The notes under the pieces are model-generated. The model was given only the letters and a program-made list of their open reading frames with translations, was not told where the DNA came from and did no database searches. Of a stretch of DNA of 64,000 nucleotides, positions 54,083-62,640 are shown in pieces. The position numbers and the translations under genes were made by a program. The stretch is taken from NCBI GenBank assembly GCA_021545585.1, contig JAJRTF010000109.1, forward strand, positions 2,524 through 66,523, given 5' to 3'. The stretch is from Zetaproteobacteria bacterium (GTDB lineage: Bacteria; Pseudomonadota; Zetaproteobacteria; Mariprofundales; Mariprofundaceae). Numbering within the stretch: position 1 is the first letter of the stretch; every line of letters starts with the position of its first letter.

Positions 54083-55032
54083 AGGTTTTGACGCGCTCTT
54101 TTTCAACGCTGTTCGGACTCTTTGTGATCACTCTGCTCGCTGCCTGTAGCGGTAGCCCTGCCAATGTACTGGTATGGGGTGGTTTGGGTGATGCACCGGG
54201 TCAATTCAATGAACCGTTTGATGTGGCGGTGGACCAGAAAGGTTTTGTCTATATCACCGATGTACGCAACAGGCGCGTGCAGAAGTTCAGTGCAGGTGGC
54301 GATTTTCTGATGGCATTCGGCCAGGAAGTATTTGAAAAGCCCGGCGGGATTGGCATCGGACCTGACGATACGGTCTGGGTAACAGACTATGATTTGGACC
54401 GAATCTTTCACTTTGATAACAAAGGGTTCCTTATCGCGGCATGGGGAGAAGCCGGTGAAGGGCTGGATGCATTCGATTCACCGGTGGATGTGGCGGTGAA
54501 TGCTGCAGGGATGGTGTACGTGGTGGATCAATACCATCATCGCATTCAACAGTTCACTCCAGATGGTCGTTTGATTCGTGTATGGGGCAAACGTGGAAAG
54601 GTCAATGTTGTGCGATCCGCTCTCAACTTTCTGATTTCGGATGATCGGGAAAGTGAATTCTATTATCCATCGCGCATAGCTGTCGGTACAGATGATCACA
54701 TTTATGTGTCTGATGCTTATAACAATCGTGTGCAGGTATTCGATGCCAAAGGTCATTTTCTGCACCAAATCGGTGGAGTGGGGTTGTGGGGAGGGCGTTT
54801 TCGTGTCGCCTCCGGTCTTGCTGTGAGTCGGGATGGGAGCCTGTTTGTGGCGGATTTTTATAATAATCGTATCCAGCATTTTGATCATCAAGGCCGTTTT
54901 CTTGCTGCATGGGGAGCAAAAGGCAACAGGCCCGGATTCTTTTCCGGCCCTACCGGTGTTGCCGTGAGTCGCAATGGGCAGATTTATGTGGCCGACTGGG
55001 GCAATCATCGTATGCAAAGGTTTGCGCAGTGA
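54079..55032 (+). CDS. NHL-repeat six-bladed beta-propeller lipoprotein
   Basis: It has the lipobox LAAC. Six NHL-type repeats are visible (e.g. FNEPFDVAVD..G.VYITD..N.RVQKF, YVVDQYHHRIQQF, YVSDAYNNRVQVF, FVADFYNNRIQHF, YVADWGNHRMQRF). The GTG start overlaps the upstream stop. Confidence 0.8.
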   Translation: MKVLTRSFSTLFGLFVITLLAACSGSPANVLVWGGLGDAPGQFNEPFDVAVDQKGFVYITDVRNRRVQKFSAGGDFLMAFGQEVFEKPGGIGIGPDDTVWVTDYDLDRIFHFDNKGFLIAAWGEAGEGLDAFDSPVDVAVNAAGMVYVVDQYHHRIQQFTPDGRLIRVWGKRGKVNVVRSALNFLISDDRESEFYYPSRIAVGTDDHIYVSDAYNNRVQVFDAKGHFLHQIGGVGLWGGRFRVASGLAVSRDGSLFVADFYNNRIQHFDHQGRFLAAWGAKGNRPGFFSGPTGVAVSRNGQIYVADWGNHRMQRFAQ

Positions 55033-55079
55033 ATCTTGCATGCTTGCTATCACACGCCTTTAAACCTAAGGTTGCCGGC

Positions 55080-55403
55080 ATGCGTTATCTGGCTTGGATT
55101 GCTGTTTTTTCTCTGCAAATGGGCATGTTTGTCTGCGCAGCGGGTATTGATGTATGCCACGCGGCTGATACGCCTGCCCAGCTTGAAGCAACATTATCCT
55201 ATCCTGACCACGACAATTCCACGGAGAACAACAGCGTTGATCAGACATGTTCCGCCCATGCAGCACATGTGTTTTTGGGGCCGGCTGATCATGCCCAGAG
55301 CCAGCCAGAGGCATATGTTGAACCGGCCATTCGGCTTATCTCACTGAATCTCCCGGAGATTCTTCACCTCATCGAACAACCGCCCAGGTTTTTGCACAGC
55401 TGA
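55080..55403 (+). CDS. small exported Cys/His protein preceding the czc-type RND operon
   Basis: 107 aa with an N-terminal hydrophobic segment, a CSAHAAH / ADH His-Cys region and a C-terminal EQPPRF motif. Its architecture parallels 39223..39648. Confidence 0.4.
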   Translation: MRYLAWIAVFSLQMGMFVCAAGIDVCHAADTPAQLEATLSYPDHDNSTENNSVDQTCSAHAAHVFLGPADHAQSQPEAYVEPAIRLISLNLPEILHLIEQPPRFLHS

Positions 55404-55518
55404 TTTCCTGAATCAGGAGCCAGTCCGGTCTGCAGATCGCTTCAGGCTCTCGAAATGATTCCGTTCCTGGAAAATCAGCTTCCCCGTAACCCACTTATTC
55501 TATTTACAGGGGGAAACC

Positions 55519-56763
55519 GTGCATACACGTTTCTTGATGATCGGAATGCTATCATGCATTCACCCGTTTTATGCCCATGCCGACAGCTTGAAAGATGCGA
55601 TGGATACCGCAGCCAAGCAGCATCCGGTATTGCAAATGGCAGAGCAGAATACGGCCATGGCCAGAGGAAACCTGGCCGAACAAAGCGCTTATACTTATAA
55701 CCCCGAGCTTTCTCTGGAACCGCAGCGCCGTCGTCTGAACGGCGGTGGAACATCCAGTGATTACTATATCACCCTGTCTCAGGGCATTGAAATAGGTGGC
55801 AAGCGCGGACTTAGGGAAAAATCGGCTCAGGCCGCGCTGGATAGCGCCAGTCAGATTCAGCAAAACACACGCCAGCAACTTATGATTGAAGCCGCCAGAT
55901 CTTATATCGCACTTTATTTTGCCAGGCGTGTATTCGACTTACGCAGTCAACAGAGCGATATGCTCAAGAAGGTGGCCGAGGCCGTTGCACAGCAACTGGA
56001 GCTGGGGGAGTCCAGCCAGCTTGATGCAAACCTTGCCCGGTCGGCTTTTGCTTCGGCGCTAAATACAACCACGGCTGCCCGGCAGCTTTTGACGCAAAGC
56101 CGGCAGCGCTACCGGCTTGCCCTTGGTAATGTGCAGGATTCGGAGAACATCCCTCAACTGGAGCTTTCGTCACTGGATACGGACTGGCAACCGCCCTCGG
56201 ATGCATACAGGGTGGCATTGCAATCCAGGCCTGACCTTTTGGCTTTGGGGTCGAAACTGCTGCAGTTCAATGCCCAGGCGGATATGGCCAGTGCTGCCCG
56301 CATCCCTGATATTACATTGAGCGCCATGACCGGGCGTGAAGCGGGAGAACAGCTGATCAAGCTGGGCATTACGGTTCCATTTCCAGTTCTGAACAGTCAT
56401 CAGGGTGCTTACCGCGCCGCACTGGCAGAAAAAGAGCGGGTAAGCACCGGACTGGAGTGGTCGCAACAGCAACTGCGTTATGCCGTACAGAGTGCCATCG
56501 ACAATCATGCCAATGCCATGCACGCCCTGTCCGATATGATCGAAACAGACATGTTACAGAGTGCTAAAAACACCATCTCCCTTGCTCGCCAGGCCTATGA
56601 TGCAGGCGAACTGGATCTGGAAGAACTCGTGGTTCATATCAAGCAGGGCATTGATGCTCAAATGACCGCACTGGAAATCATTCAACAGGGCTGGTTGACC
56701 CGAATCCAACTGGCCGAAGTGCTCGGTCATCCCGAATATATTCTTAAAGGAATCCAATCATGA
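55519..56763 (+). CDS. czcC: outer-membrane factor of an HME-RND pump (CzcC-like)
   Basis: 414 aa with a signal peptide and TolC-family repeats (HP.L........A.......A.....NPEL). GTG start. Confidence 0.78.
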   Translation: MHTRFLMIGMLSCIHPFYAHADSLKDAMDTAAKQHPVLQMAEQNTAMARGNLAEQSAYTYNPELSLEPQRRRLNGGGTSSDYYITLSQGIEIGGKRGLREKSAQAALDSASQIQQNTRQQLMIEAARSYIALYFARRVFDLRSQQSDMLKKVAEAVAQQLELGESSQLDANLARSAFASALNTTTAARQLLTQSRQRYRLALGNVQDSENIPQLELSSLDTDWQPPSDAYRVALQSRPDLLALGSKLLQFNAQADMASAARIPDITLSAMTGREAGEQLIKLGITVPFPVLNSHQGAYRAALAEKERVSTGLEWSQQQLRYAVQSAIDNHANAMHALSDMIETDMLQSAKNTISLARQAYDAGELDLEELVVHIKQGIDAQMTALEIIQQGWLTRIQLAEVLGHPEYILKGIQS

Positions 56764-57935
56764 AAACAATAACGATATCTATCACAACCATGCTGATGAC
56801 AGGATTTCTGGTCATCAGCCCCAATCTCATGGCGGGCGAGCATGGTCACGAAAACACCGGGCATGGCGGCCATGAAGAAGGCGGTTTGATCAAGCTGACT
56901 CCAGCACAAATCAAACAGGCTGGTACTGTCACCGAAATCATCCGCCTGCGCCCCAAACCGCAGACCATCACGGCCCCCGGTGCGATAACCTTCAATGCCT
57001 ATACGCTGGCGGATATCACGACACTGGTGGATGCCGTGGTACATGCCCGCCATGTCCGTCTTGGCGATCATGTGAAAAAGGGGCAGGCACTGGTTACCCT
57101 GAACAGCACGACGCTTGCACAGGCCGAGGCAGCTTATCTCAGAGGCAAGGCCGAACATCAGCGCAGCAAGCAGGCACTGGCACGTCTGGAATCACTGGCA
57201 CAGCAAAAAATTGTTTCGCAGGCGCGGCTGCAACAGGCTGCGAGCACCTATCAGGCCATGCATGCCAATTTTGCCGCTGCAAAAGCCACGTTGTTTTCTT
57301 ACGGCTTGAACAAACATGATATTGCAAAACTGCTCAAGCAGGAAAAATACGGTCTGCTGACCTTACGGGCTCCCCATACCGGAACGGTTGTGGCCGATGA
57401 TTTTCGCCTCGGTCAACACTTGGCGGCGGGCAGTCGTCTGATGCAGGTGGCGGATGAATCGTATGTATGGGTCGAGCTGAATATCCCTGAAACGCAGCTG
57501 GCCAGGATAAGCGTTGGGCAGACAGCATCGGTGATGCCGAAAGGTACCAGCGGGCACTATACGGGCACGGTGATCAACATTCATCATCAACTTGATCGCG
57601 TGACCCGTACCGCCGGAGTCCGGCTGAAGGTTCAAAACAAAAACGACCTTTTGCATCCGGGCATGTTTGTGAGTGCAGATATTGCAACGGGTGCGGGTGA
57701 AAAGGCACTGCTCCTGCCAGAGGCGGCCATTCAGCGGCAGGGCAGTGAATTGATTGTTTTCGTTGAAGAAGAGCCGGGGCATTTTGAACGCCGCGAAGTA
57801 ACGGTGTACAAAGCCAGTATGGGACTGACGGAGGTTGTCAGCGGTATTAAGGCCGGTGAATCCGTTGTTGTGAATGGTGCTTTTGTACTCACTTCAGAGT
57901 TGGCTAAATCCGGCTTTGAAGTACATAACCACTGA
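56760..57935 (+). CDS. czcB: periplasmic adaptor of an HME-RND pump (CzcB-like)
   Basis: It has a His-rich N-terminus (GEHGHENTGHGGHEEG), a coiled-coil hairpin and an HlyD_D23-like region (LTLRAPHTGTVV). It overlaps czcC (ATGA). Confidence 0.8.
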   Translation: MKTITISITTMLMTGFLVISPNLMAGEHGHENTGHGGHEEGGLIKLTPAQIKQAGTVTEIIRLRPKPQTITAPGAITFNAYTLADITTLVDAVVHARHVRLGDHVKKGQALVTLNSTTLAQAEAAYLRGKAEHQRSKQALARLESLAQQKIVSQARLQQAASTYQAMHANFAAAKATLFSYGLNKHDIAKLLKQEKYGLLTLRAPHTGTVVADDFRLGQHLAAGSRLMQVADESYVWVELNIPETQLARISVGQTASVMPKGTSGHYTGTVINIHHQLDRVTRTAGVRLKVQNKNDLLHPGMFVSADIATGAGEKALLLPEAAIQRQGSELIVFVEEEPGHFERREVTVYKASMGLTEVVSGIKAGESVVVNGAFVLTSELAKSGFEVHNH

Positions 57936-57945
57936 GGTATCGATC

Positions 57946-60900
57946 ATGTTTGTCAAAGTGATTGATTCGGCGGTCAACAACCGCCTGCTGATTCTTATGC
58001 TGCTCATCGGCTCCATGGCTTATGCCATGTTCGTTGTGCCCAAACTGAATCTTGATGCATTCCCCGATGTGACCAACGTGCAGGTGCAGATCAATACCGA
58101 AGCCGAGGGACTTGCCTCGGAAGAAGTGGAACAACTGATCACCTATCCGATTGAGGCAGTGATGTATTCGCTGCCTGATGTCGAAGAGGTGCGTTCAATC
58201 TCCAAGACCGGACTATCCGTCATCACGGTTGTATTCAGGGAAGGCACGGATATCTACTTTGCCAGACAACTGGTGTTCCAGAAACTTCAGGATGCCCGCC
58301 AGACCGTGCCGGCATGGGCGGGCACACCCAAGGTCGGCCCGAACACCTCCGGTCTCGGACAGGTATTTCAATACATCATCAAGTCCGATCCGGAAGCCGG
58401 TTTTGATGCCCTTACACTCAGAGCCCTGAACGACTGGGTGGTGAAGCTGATGCTGATGCCGGTCGAAGGCGTGACCGATATTCTCTCCTACGGCGGCGAA
58501 GTGCGGCAGTATCAGGTGCAAATCGATGCAGAAAAACTGCTTTCCTATCAGCTACATGTGTCTGATGTGGTCAATGCCGTTGAAGCCAATAATCGTAATG
58601 CCGGTGGCTGGTATCTGCCGCAGGGCGCCGAACAGCTGGTCATCCGGGGCGTCGGCTGGGTTCCCGGCGGTAAAGACGGGCTGGCAGCCATTGCATCCAT
58701 TCCCGTGAAAACGGTTCATGGTACATCGGTTCGGGTACGCGATGTCGCAACCGTGGCCTTTGGCGGGGCTATTCGTCAGGGCGCAGTAACGATGGTCGAA
58801 CGCGAACAGAATGGCCGGATCAAGGATCTTGGGGAAGTGGTGGTCGGTATTGTTCTCAAACGCTTTGGCGCCAACACGAAGAACACCATTGATGATGTAA
58901 AATCGCGTTTGGAAATCGTGCAGAAATCCATGCCTGAAGGTGTCAGTATTCAGCCCTTCTATGATCAGTCCGAGCTTATCAACAAGGCAGTATGGACCGT
59001 GGAAAAAGCGCTTCTCGAGGCATTTGTGTTGATTATCATCATTCTGTTTCTGTTCCTGATGAATGTGCGTGCAGCAACGCTGGTTTTACTGTCGGTACCC
59101 ATCTCGGTTCTGTCTGCACTGGCCGTGATGGAGCATTACGGTATTTCGGCCAACCTGATGAGTCTGGGCGGCCTAGCTATCGCCATTGGCATGATGGTGG
59201 ATGGTTCGGTAGTCATGGTGGAGAATATTTTCAAACATCTGGAACAGGGTCATATGAATGATCATCGTCTGGATAACAATCAGGGCATTCCGCTGCGAAT
59301 CACTGAAGCGTCCAGAGAGGTTGCGCGCCCTGTGTTGTTTGCCGTGCTCATCATTCTGTTGGTGTTCACGCCGCTGTTTTCACTGGAAGGCGTAGAAGGC
59401 AAGATGTTCACCCCCATGGCGCTATCGATCTGCTTCGCCATGTTTGCTTCGCTGCTGGTGGCATTGTTTGTTATGCCGGTACTGGCCACATATGCATTCA
59501 CCAGGGGCATCGTCCATAAAGAAAGCCCTGTGCTGGCGCCCATTGCACGGGCCTATCATGAACTGCTCCAGTCCGCTTTAACGGTGCGTAAAAAAGTGGT
59601 CGGCGGTGCCGCAGCTGCATTTGTCTTAACGCTTGCCATTGTACCGTTTCTAGGTACGGAATTTGTTCCTGAGCTTGAAGAGGGGACACTGGCCATCCGG
59701 GTGACGCTGGCGCCGTCATCTTCGCTGTCCTATGCCAAGGAGATGGGCGGAAAACTGGAAAAGGTGCTGATTGAAAACTTTCCGGAAATCACCTATGTGT
59801 CAGCCCGCATCGGCCGCGCAGAAATCGGCGGTGATCCGGAACCCGTATCGAATGTTGAACTGTTTGTCGGTCTGAAACCTGTTTCCGAATGGACAAGTGC
59901 CGACAACAGGCAGGCGTTGCAGAAGCTGATGCGCGAACAGATGGATGTTGTTCCCGGGGTGCTGATTGCATTCACCCAGCCCATTGCCATGCGTGTCGAT
60001 GAGTTGATCTCCGGTGTTAAGGCAGCTCTGGCCATCAAACTGTTCGGCCCGGATCTGAAAGTGCTGGCCGAGATGGGTAAAAAGATTGAAACGCTGACCA
60101 AAAGCATCGACGGCACACGCGATGTGGCCATGGAACAAATCGAGGGCGAAGCTCAGCTGGTGGTTCGCCCGGATCGCAGCAAACTGGATCGCTACGGCAT
60201 TCCTGTGGATGATGTCATGAGCCTGGTTGCCGATGCCATTGGTGGCGCCTCGGCCGGACAGGTGATTTCCGGCAACGAGCGCTATGATATCTATGTCCGC
60301 CTGGGTAAAAACTTCCGCAACAGCATCGAAAGCATCGGTAACCTTATTCTGCAGGCCTCCAATGGCGCCTGGGTACGCCTTGAGGATGTGGCGGTGATTG
60401 GCGTGGAGCAGGGACCGCCGATGATCAAACGCGACGATGTACAGCGACGGGTGGTCATTCAAAGCAATGTGGAAGACCGGGATATGGGCTCGCTGGTGGC
60501 TGAACTGGATCAACGCATCCAGAATGAGATTGACCTTCCACCGGGTTATGCCGTGGTGTTCGGCGGCCAGTTTGAGAACCAGCAACGGGCACAGGCCAGG
60601 TTGATGATTGTTGTGCCGCTGTCGCTGCTGATGATATTCCTGCTGCTCTATTTCATGTTCCATTCCGTCGGGCAGGCAACATTGATTATGCTGAATGTGC
60701 CGATGGCATTGATCGGCGGTATTCTGGCCCTGTTCGTTTCCGGCCAGTATTTATCCGTACCTTCCAGCATCGGCTTTATCGCCCTGTTCGGCGTTGCAGT
60801 CCTCAACGGCGTGGTACTGGTCGATGCCATCAATCGCCACATTGACGACTGCAGCGACATGGATGAAGCCATATGCCATGGCGCCGAAAGTCGTTTAAGA

Positions 60901-61086
60901 CCGGTATTGATGACCGCCATGATTGCAGGCCTGGGACTGGTGCCCCTGCTTCTGGCTACGGGTATCGGTTCGGAAATTCAGCGTCCACTGGCAACAGTGG
61001 TGGTTGGCGGGCTGGTGTCATCAACGCTGTTGACACTGTTTGTGTTGCCATGTCTTTATGCACGCTTCAGCAACAGGAAAATATAA
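57946..61086 (+). CDS. czcA: heavy-metal RND transporter (CzcA-like HME-RND)
   Basis: 1046 aa with 12 TM helices and AIGMMVDGSVVMVENIF. Specificity is not provable from sequence by eye; the adjacent CDF genes suggest divalent cations. Confidence 0.88.
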   Translation: MFVKVIDSAVNNRLLILMLLIGSMAYAMFVVPKLNLDAFPDVTNVQVQINTEAEGLASEEVEQLITYPIEAVMYSLPDVEEVRSISKTGLSVITVVFREGTDIYFARQLVFQKLQDARQTVPAWAGTPKVGPNTSGLGQVFQYIIKSDPEAGFDALTLRALNDWVVKLMLMPVEGVTDILSYGGEVRQYQVQIDAEKLLSYQLHVSDVVNAVEANNRNAGGWYLPQGAEQLVIRGVGWVPGGKDGLAAIASIPVKTVHGTSVRVRDVATVAFGGAIRQGAVTMVEREQNGRIKDLGEVVVGIVLKRFGANTKNTIDDVKSRLEIVQKSMPEGVSIQPFYDQSELINKAVWTVEKALLEAFVLIIIILFLFLMNVRAATLVLLSVPISVLSALAVMEHYGISANLMSLGGLAIAIGMMVDGSVVMVENIFKHLEQGHMNDHRLDNNQGIPLRITEASREVARPVLFAVLIILLVFTPLFSLEGVEGKMFTPMALSICFAMFASLLVALFVMPVLATYAFTRGIVHKESPVLAPIARAYHELLQSALTVRKKVVGGAAAAFVLTLAIVPFLGTEFVPELEEGTLAIRVTLAPSSSLSYAKEMGGKLEKVLIENFPEITYVSARIGRAEIGGDPEPVSNVELFVGLKPVSEWTSADNRQALQKLMREQMDVVPGVLIAFTQPIAMRVDELISGVKAALAIKLFGPDLKVLAEMGKKIETLTKSIDGTRDVAMEQIEGEAQLVVRPDRSKLDRYGIPVDDVMSLVADAIGGASAGQVISGNERYDIYVRLGKNFRNSIESIGNLILQASNGAWVRLEDVAVIGVEQGPPMIKRDDVQRRVVIQSNVEDRDMGSLVAELDQRIQNEIDLPPGYAVVFGGQFENQQRAQARLMIVVPLSLLMIFLLLYFMFHSVGQATLIMLNVPMALIGGILALFVSGQYLSVPSSIGFIALFGVAVLNGVVLVDAINRHIDDCSDMDEAICHGAESRLRPVLMTAMIAGLGLVPLLLATGIGSEIQRPLATVVVGGLVSSTLLTLFVLPCLYARFSNRKI

Positions 61087-61126
61087 ATGCAGCCCGACCG
61101 AACAGCGATGCTTTCAAGCTGATAGT

Positions 61127-61981
61127 ATGCCAAATATGAGTCATGCCGGTCATTATCATGCCCTGAGTGCCGCCTTCTGGTTGACGGCGGTATTTGCTGT
61201 GGTGGAACTGTTCGGTGGCTTGATGGCAAATTCGCTGGCGTTGCTGGCCGACGCCGGGCATATGGTCTCGGATGTCGGCGCCCTGGGACTGGCCATGCTG
61301 GCCCGGCATATTGCCGGGCGGCCAGCTCATGCGCAAATGACGTATGGCTATGGCCGCGCCAAGGTGCTTGCAGCACAGGCGAATGGCTTGATGCTGTGGT
61401 TCTTAAGCGGCTGGATCGTCTGGGAAGCCGTAGGCCGTCTCGCCGATCCGCCCGAGGTTCAGGGCGGCATGGTGCTGTTGATTGCTGCGCTTGGCCTTGG
61501 CATCAATCTTATCATTATGCGCTGGCTGCATGACAGTCACGATATCAATACCCGCGCTGCCTACTGGCATGTACTGGGCGACGCGCTTGGCTCTGTTGCT
61601 GCGATTGTTGCCGGCACTGTGGTTCTTCTGACCGGATGGATGCCGATTGACCCGATTCTGTCGTTTCTTGTTGCCGGTGTTCTGGCTTGGGGCGGTTGGC
61701 GACTGGTACGTGAAACCACGCTGGATCTGATGGAGGCGGTTCCGCAGGGGCTTGATTCCGATACCATTGTACTGGCAATCGAATCGCTTGATGGGGTCGA
61801 TGGTATCCACCATATTCACCTGTGGCGTTTGCCATCCGGTCAACTGGCCATATCGGTACATATTCATATCCATCAGATGGATCAATGGCCGACCCTGTTG
61901 CCGATTCTTCTTGAAAGGCTTCAGCAACTGGGTGTTGAACATGCCACCTTACAACCGGAAAACCATTGCCATGATCATTAA
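61127..61981 (+). CDS. czcD: cation diffusion facilitator (CzcD/ZitB-like)
   Basis: 6 TM helices, HxxxD sites (ADAGHMVSD, HVLGDALGS), a cytoplasmic C-terminal domain, and a His-rich C-terminus (HCHDH). Confidence 0.85.
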   Translation: MPNMSHAGHYHALSAAFWLTAVFAVVELFGGLMANSLALLADAGHMVSDVGALGLAMLARHIAGRPAHAQMTYGYGRAKVLAAQANGLMLWFLSGWIVWEAVGRLADPPEVQGGMVLLIAALGLGINLIIMRWLHDSHDINTRAAYWHVLGDALGSVAAIVAGTVVLLTGWMPIDPILSFLVAGVLAWGGWRLVRETTLDLMEAVPQGLDSDTIVLAIESLDGVDGIHHIHLWRLPSGQLAISVHIHIHQMDQWPTLLPILLERLQQLGVEHATLQPENHCHDH

Positions 61982-62002
61982 ACCATCCCGGGCAGAAACA
62001 CC

Positions 62003-62605
62003 ATGAGTGGATGCGATTGTCATATTGAGGTTACACAGAAGGAACAGCAACGCACCTTGGTGCTATTGCTTGCGATCAACGGCGTGATGTTTGTGATCGA
62101 ATTTGTTTTCGGCCTGATCGGACAATCCACCGGCCTGATTTCCGATGCCATCGATATGCTTGCCGATGCCTTGGTGTATGCCGTAGGACTGTATGCAGTG
62201 GGCAAGTCCATCAACGTCAAAGTACGGGCTGTTCACATCAGCGGCATCTTTCAAATCATGCTGGCTATGGGCGTATTGAGTGATGTTGCTCGCCGCTATC
62301 TGTTCGGCAGTGAACCGGAATCCATGTTTATGATAGGCTTTGGCCTGCTGGCTCTGGCGGCCAATATCTGGTGCCTGTCACTGATTGCCAAACACCGCCA
62401 CGGAGAAATCCATATGCGAGCCAGCTGGATATTTTCAAAGAATGATGTCATTGCCAACTCGGGAGTCATTCTGGGAGGATTACTGGTATACCTGCTTGAC
62501 TCCAATCTGCCAGATCTGTTGATCGGTTTTGCTATTGTATTGATTGTGATCCGGGGTGGCATCTCCATGATAAAGGAGGCAGGTAATGAGAGCGCAAGCC
62601 TTTGA
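62003..62605 (+). CDS. short CDF-family transporter (transmembrane domain only) with a Cys/His N-terminus
   Basis: 200 aa with an MSGCDCH N-terminus and the CDF TM2/TM5 motifs (SDAIDMLADA, and the region with KNDVIAN where the HxxxD usually sits). No C-terminal cytoplasmic domain is present. Confidence 0.65.
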   Translation: MSGCDCHIEVTQKEQQRTLVLLLAINGVMFVIEFVFGLIGQSTGLISDAIDMLADALVYAVGLYAVGKSINVKVRAVHISGIFQIMLAMGVLSDVARRYLFGSEPESMFMIGFGLLALAANIWCLSLIAKHRHGEIHMRASWIFSKNDVIANSGVILGGLLVYLLDSNLPDLLIGFAIVLIVIRGGISMIKEAGNESASL

Positions 62606-62640
62606 TTTGATGGTCTGTGGCAGCCGCAGGTCTTGTTGGC

